This document shows, one piece after another, positions 27,674 to 37,723 of a DNA stretch of 64,000 nucleotides. Numbering within the stretch: the stretch's first letter is position 1; each line of letters starts with the position of its first letter. The DNA comes from a virus. Under the pieces are notes generated by a model. It was given only the letters and a program-made list of their open reading frames with translations, searched no databases and was not told where the DNA came from. Position numbers and translations under genes: made by a program. The stretch lies in the IMG/VR virus record IMGVR_UViG_3300014720_000030, positions 11,547 through 75,546 of that record; one strand, given 5' to 3'.

Positions 27674-30600
27674 TTACATACAATTAATATTGCTAAATCC
27701 GTTTTGTTTGTTAACTTCAATTAAATTATCAACCATGTCTCGCATAGAATCAACGTGTGATATGATGATTGAAAAATCAAATTTAGTACGAAAATATTCA
27801 AATAAATTTACTACTGACGAAATATGTTCTGCATCTAATGAACCCCACCCTTCATCAATTGCAATGAAATTGGGACGTGGTAATGCTGAAACATTGATAA
27901 GTGCAATGCGAATTGCTAATGACGAAATAAAACGTTCCATACCGGATGTTAATTCCAATGGCCAAAAATTATCTTCATCGTAAATAATATATCCGTTGAT
28001 GTTTTTGCCATCAGTGTTTAATACCATGTTAAATTCAACAATTTGATTGAGTACGTTATTGATTTCAGCTTCAATTTTCGGAATAGCTTTTGCAACTAAT
28101 TCATATGGAATGCCGTTACGTTTAACTGATTCTAAATAATATTCATATGCTTTGTATTCCGTTTCAAGTTGTCGATAACGTTCCAATTGTTCCATTGCAG
28201 TGCCTTTATTTGTACGTGCAACTTCAATAGCACCAAACAATGATTTAATTTGATCTTGAATTAGTTTGATTTGTTGAGAACAAGTTGCAATTTTAGTTTT
28301 ACATTCTTCAATTTCAGCGTCAACTAGTTGATTGTGTGTAATTGCGGTTTCATTTTTACGGAATGATTCTTGACGTTCAATTGCGGTTTCTAATTCTGAT
28401 TCTCGTGTTTGCAAATCACTTTCTAGGATTTGAAGTTGCAATTCGTTGCGTTCCAATGTAATTTTTTTAGTTGCAATATCGGATTTTAATTTGTTGTATT
28501 GGTCTGCTATTTCAAATACAGGTTGTAATTCATTTAATTCTACGGTTGCAGCTTCAATATGTTGTTGCAATTCCTCTAATATCGCTCTATCCGAATCAAT
28601 TGTATTTTGAGCTTCGATTGCATTTTGCACGAAAACGTTAGATGTACAGTATTTGCAGTTTGGATCATATTCATGAGATTCGAGATGTTTAATTTTTTCT
28701 TGTTTTGCATTTACTTGTTCCTGTTGTTGTCTAAATTTTTGAGTTTGTTTGTTTATGTTAGATTCTAATTTTTGATATTGTTCAATTTGTGCGTTTATTA
28801 AATCTGCATCAATATTAACTAATTCAGATTGTAATGAATCAATGTTTTCTGATAATGTTTCTAATTCTTGTTCTGCTGTTTCTATTTCCGTTTGAATTGA
28901 TTCAATCTTACTAATTAGTACGCGTTCTTGTGATTGCAATTCTTTGATGTTTGGACCATCGTATGTTGTTGGCAATTTAGTTTCAATTAACTGTACAATT
29001 TGTTCTTGTAATCCATTTCGTTGATCTTGTTGTTGATCTTCAAGTTGTTCTAACGAAATAATAGTATCTTGATTTTCTATTATTACTGCATCAGCATGCA
29101 CGATTATCTCGGCAAAGTCAGTTTTTTTATAATCTTTTAATCGGCCTGCAGTTTCTTTGATTTCATCTGCTGCAAGTTGATAAAGTTGTTCAAACACCGT
29201 AATATCTAAAAACTGCGACAATAAATCTTTGCGTTCTTTTTGCGACTTTTCAATAAAATTGTTGTTGTCTGCTTGCAGAGAAAATGCCGTTAAAATAAAA
29301 TCATCATATGTGCCTAAATAGCGACGAATGTTTTTATTTGTTTCACTGCGTTCTTCACCATTTAGATTTTCTGAATCAGTGTAAAAATCTACATCAACTT
29401 TGACGTGCGTATCTTTCTTTTTGTTTTGAGTGCCACGTCGTTCAATAGTATATGTTATGCCATTCATTTCAAAACGAAATACACCACGAAACCATGTTTT
29501 TTTATTGTTTAATACTTCATTTGCTTTGCTTGTTTTGCTGCATTTATCAAATATAGTATATGTAATTGCATCAAGTAAACTTGATTTGCCGGATGCATTT
29601 GCAGCAAAAAGTCCGCACACATCAGAAAGTTTGTCAAAGTTTAATGTGTTGCCTTCTCCATATGAAAACATGTTATCAAATTCAAATGATATAGGATGCC
29701 ATGTAGTATGTCGTATTGATTCTACTGCTGGCAATTTTGAATTTATTGTGCGATTAATGTGTCTGATAGCATCAACTTCTTGCGGAGTAGCTTGTGGATA
29801 ATTTGCGTCAATATATTCCGTTAACAAGGTGTTTTGATATTCAACATCGCGCACATTTCCAATTGCCAAGCTAGAAGATGCATTGGTTGCTGCAGCTCCT
29901 ATAGTTCGTTGAATTGTAATGTCTTCTACTTGATATTTTTTTCGAATCGTTGCAATCAACCGTTTCATATCTGCCGCGCTTGTTTCATTAAACTTGATGC
30001 GAATGCGTGGACGTTTTGGCATACGATGCGGCGAAGATATAATTGCAGAGCCTTGAGTTTCTATAGTTACATAACCATAGTCATTTTCAATTTGCACAAA
30101 GTCTGCAGTACGTCGTTCCATATCCCAAACCAAAATGCCATGATCTAATGCTTCACCATGATTTTGTTGAATAAGTGAACCTGGATATGCAACGGTGCGT
30201 GCATCATCTAAAAACTGTGCTGGTTTATGAATATCTCCTAGCAACGTAATGTCATGTCCTTCAAACAAATCAACGCCTACATGTTCATTTGATATTTGAT
30301 AACCAATATCAGTACGAGCTGTATTTACTGCACCATGGTGTAACGCAATTTTATATGATGCCGAAAAATCTTTTGCACGAATGTATTCTGCAGGTGTTTT
30401 ATCAACAGCCATATGATTCCAAGTTACTCCACCTAATTCAAACAATCCATTTTCTTTAATGAAATGAATATTAGGATTTTTAATCACATCGAGAACTGGA
30501 CTAACTGCATCTACGCGATGCATATTGTTCAAATTCATATCATGATTGCCTAAAATAACAATTGTAGGAATTGTGAATTCATTGAAGAAATCAACAAGCA

Positions 30601-30820
30601 TTTGAACTAATTCCGGTGACATATCCAATTTACTATGCACAATATCTCCGGTCACAACCGCAATGCTGTTTGCAGTACAATTTGTTTTGATATAATCAAA
30701 TAAATTTTTAAACACTTGACGATATTCAGTATGTCGTTTCAATGTACGAATATGTACATCGGATATATGAAAGATTTTGTCAATCCGTTCAATTCCAGTT
30801 TCAATTTTTTTTATGTCCAT
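27674..30820 (-). CDS. Fused Mre11/SbcD nuclease and Rad50/SbcC ATPase (gp47-gp46-like)
   Basis: SDVH, GD, GNHD, GDIH phosphoesterase motifs; NASGKSS Walker A; coiled coil with CKYC hook; TSGMERF, IAIDEGWGSLD, IISH. Confidence 0.92.
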   Translation of the reverse strand: MDIKKIETGIERIDKIFHISDVHIRTLKRHTEYRQVFKNLFDYIKTNCTANSIAVVTGDIVHSKLDMSPELVQMLVDFFNEFTIPTIVILGNHDMNLNNMHRVDAVSPVLDVIKNPNIHFIKENGLFELGGVTWNHMAVDKTPAEYIRAKDFSASYKIALHHGAVNTARTDIGYQISNEHVGVDLFEGHDITLLGDIHKPAQFLDDARTVAYPGSLIQQNHGEALDHGILVWDMERRTADFVQIENDYGYVTIETQGSAIISSPHRMPKRPRIRIKFNETSAADMKRLIATIRKKYQVEDITIQRTIGAAATNASSSLAIGNVRDVEYQNTLLTEYIDANYPQATPQEVDAIRHINRTINSKLPAVESIRHTTWHPISFEFDNMFSYGEGNTLNFDKLSDVCGLFAANASGKSSLLDAITYTIFDKCSKTSKANEVLNNKKTWFRGVFRFEMNGITYTIERRGTQNKKKDTHVKVDVDFYTDSENLNGEERSETNKNIRRYLGTYDDFILTAFSLQADNNNFIEKSQKERKDLLSQFLDITVFEQLYQLAADEIKETAGRLKDYKKTDFAEIIVHADAVIIENQDTIISLEQLEDQQQDQRNGLQEQIVQLIETKLPTTYDGPNIKELQSQERVLISKIESIQTEIETAEQELETLSENIDSLQSELVNIDADLINAQIEQYQKLESNINKQTQKFRQQQEQVNAKQEKIKHLESHEYDPNCKYCTSNVFVQNAIEAQNTIDSDRAILEELQQHIEAATVELNELQPVFEIADQYNKLKSDIATKKITLERNELQLQILESDLQTRESELETAIERQESFRKNETAITHNQLVDAEIEECKTKIATCSQQIKLIQDQIKSLFGAIEVARTNKGTAMEQLERYRQLETEYKAYEYYLESVKRNGIPYELVAKAIPKIEAEINNVLNQIVEFNMVLNTDGKNINGYIIYDEDNFWPLELTSGMERFISSLAIRIALINVSALPRPNFIAIDEGWGSLDAEHISSVVNLFEYFRTKFDFSIIISHVDSMRDMVDNLIEVNKQNGFSNINCM

Positions 30821-31752
30821 AACATGTCCATTTTGAGTGCCATTATGCCTTCAAATGTTAATATATCAGTATCGTTAATAATTCGTGTAATTTGTTCAAA
30901 ACCTAATTCTGATGCATCTGCATCTTGCAATCGTACAAAATAAACATTTAAACCTTCTGCCATGAATCGTTCTGCAATTTGCACTGCATTGCGAAGTGCA
31001 TCAGCATCCAAGCAAATATAGATATCTCGAACTCGTTTTTCAATAATTTTCTTTTGCAATGCCGGTTGAATGATTTTACCAAATAACGGTATTGCATTGC
31101 GTTTAATTGCAATTGCATCAAACGCCCCTTCACAAAGAACGATAGGTTGTGACCAATTTATAGTTAAATCGAATCCAATGATATCTTTTGATATTTTAGG
31201 ATTTTTATGTTTTTGTTTGTCTGCTCGATAAAATGCTCGAGATACAAAATAATTTAGTTGTCCCGCTTCATCATAACTAGGAATGATTATTTTCCCAGAA
31301 TATTCACCTTGTTCGCAATATCCAATTCGATACTTTAAAATATCCAACATTCCAACATCTCGTTGTTGCAAATAATGAATTGCATTGCGATAATCAGGTG
31401 TATTTTTTTTATTCCATAATGGAACATAATGTTCCGGCAAAGCCAATGTTACCGTTGATTTTGTTTCTGCAGTATTTCGATATCTAGCAGATTCAATTAT
31501 TTTTGAAAGTTGTTCAAACCATTCTTTTGACAAGCCCATTTGCTTAAACAAGCTGTTAATAGTTCGACCTTTCTTATCTGATATCCAACAATGCCATGGA
31601 TTTTCTCCTGCATGATTAGTATTAACGTCAATTTCTAATTTCGGTTTGTAATGTGAAGTAAATGGCGAAAAGAATGCAATGTTATTGCCGGAAGTAGATT
31701 TGCCTTTACCTAAAACTGATTCTAATAATTGTAGCAGTTTAAGATTCTTCAC
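30811..31752 (-). CDS. DNA primase (TOPRIM)
   Basis: EGAFDA and LDADA motifs, IIIPSYD; GTG start. Confidence 0.85.
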   Translation of the reverse strand: MKNLKLLQLLESVLGKGKSTSGNNIAFFSPFTSHYKPKLEIDVNTNHAGENPWHCWISDKKGRTINSLFKQMGLSKEWFEQLSKIIESARYRNTAETKSTVTLALPEHYVPLWNKKNTPDYRNAIHYLQQRDVGMLDILKYRIGYCEQGEYSGKIIIPSYDEAGQLNYFVSRAFYRADKQKHKNPKISKDIIGFDLTINWSQPIVLCEGAFDAIAIKRNAIPLFGKIIQPALQKKIIEKRVRDIYICLDADALRNAVQIAERFMAEGLNVYFVRLQDADASELGFEQITRIINDTDILTFEGIMALKMDMLWT

Positions 31753-31758
31753 AATTAT

Positions 31759-31787
31759 ATTATAATGAAAAACTGTAAGGAATCCAA
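31759..31787 (-). promoter_or_regulatory. TTGGAT-N17-TATAAT promoter of primase-SbcCD
   Basis: Exact match; -10 box 6 nt from GTG. Confidence 0.7.
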
Positions 31788-31933
31788 TTAAATATAATTA
31801 ATATATAATATATGTTAAGCACATACATTTCATTACTAGCTTAACGATTGAATCAATAAATTCTTCAATCTATTAATAAAATAAATTTCATTAACTTTCA
31901 TGAATATATTAAAAATAATTCACAAAACAAACC

Positions 31934-32416
31934 TTAACTAAAAAAACGTTTTGGGTCTGCTGATACTTCGCCTGTTTTTACGCATTCTGTAAACCATTCT
32001 GCTGGAATATCTTTTTTTGCAATATGTTGAATACCTAGCTTGCGAGCAAATGCTTCATATGTAGTTGGCGATGTTTTTGACAATTTTTGATTAGGATTTT
32101 GAAATACTATGCGAATGTCGATGCCTGGATTAGACTGTAAAACATGTTTCATTTTAGTACGATCTGCAGTAGTCCAACGTCCTTTAGTTTCAATGTACAT
32201 GGTACCGCCATTGCGTTTTGTAAATACAAAATCTGGAGTATATTTTGCTTTGCGTTCTGGTACTACGTAATGCAATGTTTCTGTTTCATATCGAAGTTCG
32301 TAGTCTGTTTGTTTGATTTGATCAGAAACTGTAAGTTCTAGTCCAGATTTATAACCATGTTTAAGTGCATTAGCTCGTTTTGAATTACCCGAACTATGAA
32401 AATGATTTCGTCTCAT
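31934..32416 (-). CDS. T7 endonuclease I-like Holliday junction resolvase
   Basis: GYKSGLE, YTPDF, IETKGRW, DIRIVF. Confidence 0.88.
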   Translation of the reverse strand: MRRNHFHSSGNSKRANALKHGYKSGLELTVSDQIKQTDYELRYETETLHYVVPERKAKYTPDFVFTKRNGGTMYIETKGRWTTADRTKMKHVLQSNPGIDIRIVFQNPNQKLSKTSPTTYEAFARKLGIQHIAKKDIPAEWFTECVKTGEVSADPKRFFS

Positions 32417-32419
32417 AAC

Positions 32420-34201
32420 TTATTCTAAAATAGATGATTCAACCCAACATATTAATTCTATGTCTTCTTCGCCTCGTTTACCTAATATTTTAACTTTTGT
32501 ATATTTATCTTTAACCTCAAATTTTTCTAATTGTTTAGTTGTTTCATCATTAACAGTCATGGTACCTTTATTTTTAAATACAAATTTACCTTTGTCTTTT
32601 TCATATTGATAAACAGCAAACGATTTAATATCAGATCTAACTGTACCGTATTTTTTACTTACATCAATATTAAATAGTTTAATTAATTTGTCCACATCGC
32701 CTGGAGCATCAACTGTTGTCATTTTAGATATAAATTCCTGAGATGACATAGTTTTGTTTACAAGTTTTGCATGATCTGCTTTGTCAGCAACATACCATTT
32801 ATTTTCTTCAATTGAATATGTATATACACGCGTATCGTCTGCCGATTGTGTGTAAACTATTTTGTTGGTTGTAGGGTCTGTATATGGATATGTAACGGGT
32901 TTTTCATATGCAATAAACTTTCCATTTTTTAGTTCTCCTGTTGCAGTATACTCGCTACTTGCATCGTTACGTTCATAATAAACTCCGTTTTTAGGTGTAT
33001 CATGTCCCATAAATGTACCAGTGTATTTAAACGCATATAAGTCTGATTGATCTCGATAATAATACATAGAGCCTTTGTCGAATTCGAATTCGAATTCTGT
33101 TTCTACACGGCCGTTGGTTTTATTATACGCTGATTGTATATATATGATAGTCGTGCCTATAAATTTTGATTTATCATATTTGTTAAAATTTTTATCTATA
33201 TCAAACGTAAATGTACCATCATAATATGCACCACGTTGAAATTCTCCTTCAAATGTACCATACTTACAATTTTGTTCACAATCTTTAGGAATCCTAAATC
33301 TTCCTTTACCCTTCAGTGGAGTTAGTGAATAATACCCAGTAATTGGATCAATACCAATGTCAGCTATTCCAGTAAAAGAAGTGTCAATATTAAAATTATC
33401 CGCCGCTGACCCCGGAGTTACGTGTTGTGATCCTAAAGTGACTTGATTTGGTTGTTTAGTTTGAAATGTAGATACATTAATTCGATTCATGAATCTAAAA
33501 TCCGGCACGGAATTTAGCATTGACGTTGATTGTTTAGTTGCTGGAAAATTTTGCTCCCACCAATTCGGTGCATCTTTTTCTATAGTTTTCATTGTATCTT
33601 TTAATGCAGCTGTCCATTTAATAGCTTGTGGCTGTGTTATAACTAAAGTACTATATTCATCATCTGAACTAGTAAAAGATAATATATTTTTCATATACAA
33701 GCTTAGTTCACGGCTAACTGTTTTATTTAAATATCGTTTTATTAATTCTAATAATCGACCCAACGGAGTTTCAGTCGATGTATCTACAATCCAAACTGCA
33801 AAAACCTTTCTACGATCAGTTCCTTTAGGTACACTAACAACAATTCGATAACTATAACTATAATATTCATTTAATGTTTTATCCATTCTCATTCTATCAA
33901 CAATTGCAGAAATCATTTGCTCATATGTTGGATTTTTAGATTTATCTTTTCGAATTGCAACAACTAAAAATCCTCGAGTAGCACCATTTTCTTTAGCAGC
34001 GTTATCAATAAAATGAACACGAAGTTTTTGTAAATTGCTGTCACCATATGTTGTTTTTGGTATTTTATACACATATCCAGTTGTTGGATCAAACTCTAGA
34101 TCTTTTTTCTTTTTTTTCGAATCATCATCTTCGATTAAGTGCTGTTCTAACAATCGTTTTTGAATTAAAACTGACCGTATATATTGTTCTACTCGATTCA
34201 T
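32420..34201 (-). CDS. Hypothetical late protein with MORN-like motifs
   Basis: Likely start MNRVEQ after late promoter 34216-34223; FEGEFQRG, YTGTF..KNGVY, TGELKNGK. Confidence 0.65.
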   Translation of the reverse strand: MNRVEQYIRSVLIQKRLLEQHLIEDDDSKKKKKDLEFDPTTGYVYKIPKTTYGDSNLQKLRVHFIDNAAKENGATRGFLVVAIRKDKSKNPTYEQMISAIVDRMRMDKTLNEYYSYSYRIVVSVPKGTDRRKVFAVWIVDTSTETPLGRLLELIKRYLNKTVSRELSLYMKNILSFTSSDDEYSTLVITQPQAIKWTAALKDTMKTIEKDAPNWWEQNFPATKQSTSMLNSVPDFRFMNRINVSTFQTKQPNQVTLGSQHVTPGSAADNFNIDTSFTGIADIGIDPITGYYSLTPLKGKGRFRIPKDCEQNCKYGTFEGEFQRGAYYDGTFTFDIDKNFNKYDKSKFIGTTIIYIQSAYNKTNGRVETEFEFEFDKGSMYYYRDQSDLYAFKYTGTFMGHDTPKNGVYYERNDASSEYTATGELKNGKFIAYEKPVTYPYTDPTTNKIVYTQSADDTRVYTYSIEENKWYVADKADHAKLVNKTMSSQEFISKMTTVDAPGDVDKLIKLFNIDVSKKYGTVRSDIKSFAVYQYEKDKGKFVFKNKGTMTVNDETTKQLEKFEVKDKYTKVKILGKRGEEDIELICWVESSILE

Positions 34202-34226
34202 AATACTTTTCTTTAATAAATATATG

Positions 34227-34769
34227 TTACCAATCAATCATTACAAATTTGTTGTTCCAAATCATAACGTTGTCAGGTTTAAAATCTAAATCCAAATCTA
34301 AATCTTCAATACCAATTGATTGTATATCTTTTTGTAACGCCCGTAAAAAATTTATCAATTTAATATCAAAATCACGTCCGCCATCTGCATCTAAATAATC
34401 AAAAATAGAAACTTCTCCGCCTTGCTTACGTGCGTATATTTTGTAAGATGAAATAAATTGATCGATCGATTGTTTTTGATCATTTGATAAATTGTCAGCT
34501 TTTGCCATGATATACATGTTACGACCATCCACATAATATACCGGTATAAAAGTTGTATATTGTGAATAACGATCAACAATTATTTCTGCAACACGATATT
34601 CTTCAGATTCAGTTGTTATTTTAAACAATTTATCTTCGTCATCGATTTCATAAACACGTCCATTATCTCCACTTCCAAATAATTTAAATTGTTTGTTTTG
34701 TATTTTTTGTAAAATTCGTTTTAAATCAACATCAACAATTTCATTTAATAATTTTTTAAGTCGTATCAT
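34227..34769 (-). CDS. Minimal protein-kinase-fold protein
   Basis: GSGDNGRVY glycine loop, LFK, DFKPDNVM catalytic loop, terminal IDW. Confidence 0.75.
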   Translation of the reverse strand: MIRLKKLLNEIVDVDLKRILQKIQNKQFKLFGSGDNGRVYEIDDEDKLFKITTESEEYRVAEIIVDRYSQYTTFIPVYYVDGRNMYIMAKADNLSNDQKQSIDQFISSYKIYARKQGGEVSIFDYLDADGGRDFDIKLINFLRALQKDIQSIGIEDLDLDLDFKPDNVMIWNNKFVMIDW

Positions 34770-34771
34770 TA

Positions 34772-36352
34772 TTATCCTTTAACCGTTATGTTTTTATCTA
34801 AATCTAAACGAATTAAAAAATTCATATCAACATCACTACGTTTACGTACTGGCTGAGCTAATTTACCAATAGCTAACAATTCGCCAGAGCCATTATATAA
34901 ACCTATAGTTGTTATATATGGTGCAAACGTTTCCGTTGAAACAAATGATTGGTATGTTGCATCATCATCAGCTGTTAATGTAACATTGGTTGACATATTA
35001 AAATCGTCAGCATCTAATCTAGTTATAACACCCAATTCATGAATTGTTACGGTGCTACGATATGATGCAGTATATGGTGTATTAATTATATTGTTAATGC
35101 GATAATCTGCAGAAGAAAAAACAATAATTCCATGTTTAGAAAATACATTACCTACATACGGAGTTTGTAATGCAGTTCCACCTTCCGTACGGTTAGATAA
35201 CGCACTTATCTGCGAAGCGGTAAGTGACTTGTTAAAGATTCTTATTTCATCTAAATAACCTTGTAGATTCAAACTATTGGGGCTAAATCCGCCGATTTTT
35301 AACGTATCTCGATTATCAATTCTAGCAGATGCAGATAATGGGGATGTAGGAATCGTAAATAATGGAGTAGTAGTAGATGATTGCAAAGTACCATTTACAT
35401 ACATTTGCATACTGCTACCTGATTTTTGACAAACTACATGGGTCCAACTCGATGTTACAACGGTTGACGATGTAATAAAAGCTTTAAACCTATCACTACC
35501 TGCAGTTGTAAAAATCAATTGATTGCTACCACTTAATTCTATTCGAAACGGATATGTAGGTGTAGTGCTTCGAGATGCTTTTGTTGCAATCAATTGATTG
35601 GCAGATGTTGAATTTGTACCACTAATAAAAAACGAAACTGCATAATCATGATCTCGGTCATATAAACCTGTTAATGTAGATTCAATATAACCAGAACCAG
35701 AAAAATATGCTGCTAACCCTAAAGCACGTTGTTGCCCGGTTGTTGTTGTAATACCAGGTACATACGTTACGCCTGCAGATGTATATGTAATTCTAGATGT
35801 ATCAAAATATTCATTAAATCCTTCATACCACATTACATTTGTTACGATTGATGCAGTATTAAATGCCGAATCTATAATATTGCCATACCGATCACTAGAA
35901 AATGAACCAGATACAGAAGATGTAAATGAAAATGATGTAGGTTTTATGCCTTCGCCTATTCGCACTTGAGGAATAGACAGTATTGATGCAGTTTGATATA
36001 ATGCTTTTTTAGTTCGAGTTAAATCAGTAGGACCATATGTTTTTGCAGGTTCTGATTTATTTTTATAATATAAATGATTTACAGAAAAATACGTAACGCT
36101 TTGCAAACTGCCGTCAATGTTTGCAGCATCATTGTATGTTAATTCACTTCCTAATGCAGGTAAAACATTAACATCAGAATATATTCCTTGCAAAGGCAAT
36201 GCACTTGAAGTTACACTACCCGAATAAAACGTCCAAGATTTATATGATTGAAATGCATTGATTGTAACATCGGAGCTATCAATTTTTTTAAAAACTGATG
36301 GATATACGCCTACGTATGAATCTTCTGTTTGACTTGTTTTTAATTGTGCCAT
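34772..36352 (-). CDS. LamG/ConA-domain baseplate or fibre protein
   Basis: WTHVV, MYVNG, GYLDEIRIFNKSLT; C-terminal YITTIGLYN..ELLAIGKL. Confidence 0.75.
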   Translation of the reverse strand: MAQLKTSQTEDSYVGVYPSVFKKIDSSDVTINAFQSYKSWTFYSGSVTSSALPLQGIYSDVNVLPALGSELTYNDAANIDGSLQSVTYFSVNHLYYKNKSEPAKTYGPTDLTRTKKALYQTASILSIPQVRIGEGIKPTSFSFTSSVSGSFSSDRYGNIIDSAFNTASIVTNVMWYEGFNEYFDTSRITYTSAGVTYVPGITTTTGQQRALGLAAYFSGSGYIESTLTGLYDRDHDYAVSFFISGTNSTSANQLIATKASRSTTPTYPFRIELSGSNQLIFTTAGSDRFKAFITSSTVVTSSWTHVVCQKSGSSMQMYVNGTLQSSTTTPLFTIPTSPLSASARIDNRDTLKIGGFSPNSLNLQGYLDEIRIFNKSLTASQISALSNRTEGGTALQTPYVGNVFSKHGIIVFSSADYRINNIINTPYTASYRSTVTIHELGVITRLDADDFNMSTNVTLTADDDATYQSFVSTETFAPYITTIGLYNGSGELLAIGKLAQPVRKRSDVDMNFLIRLDLDKNITVKG

Positions 36353-36357
36353 TATAG

Positions 36358-36395
36358 TAAAAACCCTGCTACATTTAATATAAATATAACAGGGC
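36358..36395 (-). terminator. Terminator-like hairpin with late promoter in its loop
   Basis: CCCTGTTA...TAGCAGGG-TTTTT; ATATTTAT at 36380-36387. Confidence 0.55.
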
Positions 36396-36412
36396 TTAAA
36401 TCAGTGTCGATT

Positions 36413-37723
36413 TTAGAAATCTAGTTTAACTCGTATAAGAGCTTCTCGCTGAAATGATTTCAATAGTGGTTTAGACAGTTTTGCTACCGCTAATAATTCT
36501 TGACTATCATTATATAATCCAACCGTTGTAATATATGTTTTAGGATCGCCTATAAAAGTTGATTGTGCAATTTGACCAACACTGCCAGATACATATGACG
36601 GATTATTTGAAAAATTATATTCTGCATTTTTAATTCTTACAAAATAATGCGTACTTGTTACTTTTTCAGAATTACGTGCAATAAATCCATATGGATCGGC
36701 TGTTGCAGGATCTGTAAATACCGCAGACCCGGAAATGGAATGATATAATACGAAATGATTATTTCCTTCCGAACTAGAACCAGTATTAGTTGCAAAACCT
36801 AATTTTTGATCAAGCATTTTACCATCTAAAATCAAAGTACCATAATCTGGATATGCTAACCCGTAATATACCGGAGCGGTTGAATTATAAACTCCCGAAT
36901 TAATTGAACCAGAAACAATGTTATAAACTTTACCCGATTGACCAATAGCAGCAGATGCAATCGAAGAATCATCAATAAGTTGAATTACACTCGATGTTGC
37001 ATGCATAGTTACAGAACCGGTTGCATTTGTTGCTCGTGTTGCAACTGACTGTAATGGAATTTCCCAATTTCCTGGATCTAAACGTTCTTTCATTCGATTA
37101 CGTTTAAAGTTAACAACATATATATAGTCTGTACTTCCGGATCCGGCCGTTGTAAAACGTGTATCAGTTGGAGCAAGTAAAAGTTGTCGATATTGTGAGT
37201 AAACTGCTTTACTTGGAGAATCGTTAAGTTGTCCTTGAGAATCAGATCCACTACCTAATGCATGGCCAAATGCTAAAGCAAACTGTACAGCAGCACCGTC
37301 TGCACTAGGAGTTGATTGATATACATCAGCATAATACCGTCGTTGCGTTGTAGTTTGACCCGATGCAGTAAAATATGTAGTTAAATTAGCTAAATTATCA
37401 CTCCATAAACCTGCAGTAACCGTTTCAATTTGATTTGCAACAACATCATTTATCGGATCAAACTTTGTATAGGTTCTACCATTACGAGCTAAAATTTGTG
37501 CTTGATCGCGTTCTGCTACAATTTGATTTGCCAACTGTTGTGCTAATTGTCGTACTTGATCATTAATTATAGAATCCGTACCAGCAGTAGTTGCATTAGC
37601 TGTCATCGATTCTTGCGCCGGCGAAAACGATTGTTGCTCCCTTGATATAATAGGTACTCCGCCTATTCTAGGTTGTTGTTTTAATCGTGTAATGAATTCA
37701 TTCATTTTCATAATATTTTCCAT
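36413..37723 (-). CDS. Baseplate/tail structural protein
   Basis: C-terminal YITTVGLYND..ELLAVAKLSKP shared with 34772..36352. Confidence 0.7.
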   Translation of the reverse strand: MENIMKMNEFITRLKQQPRIGGVPIISREQQSFSPAQESMTANATTAGTDSIINDQVRQLAQQLANQIVAERDQAQILARNGRTYTKFDPINDVVANQIETVTAGLWSDNLANLTTYFTASGQTTTQRRYYADVYQSTPSADGAAVQFALAFGHALGSGSDSQGQLNDSPSKAVYSQYRQLLLAPTDTRFTTAGSGSTDYIYVVNFKRNRMKERLDPGNWEIPLQSVATRATNATGSVTMHATSSVIQLIDDSSIASAAIGQSGKVYNIVSGSINSGVYNSTAPVYYGLAYPDYGTLILDGKMLDQKLGFATNTGSSSEGNNHFVLYHSISGSAVFTDPATADPYGFIARNSEKVTSTHYFVRIKNAEYNFSNNPSYVSGSVGQIAQSTFIGDPKTYITTVGLYNDSQELLAVAKLSKPLLKSFQREALIRVKLDF

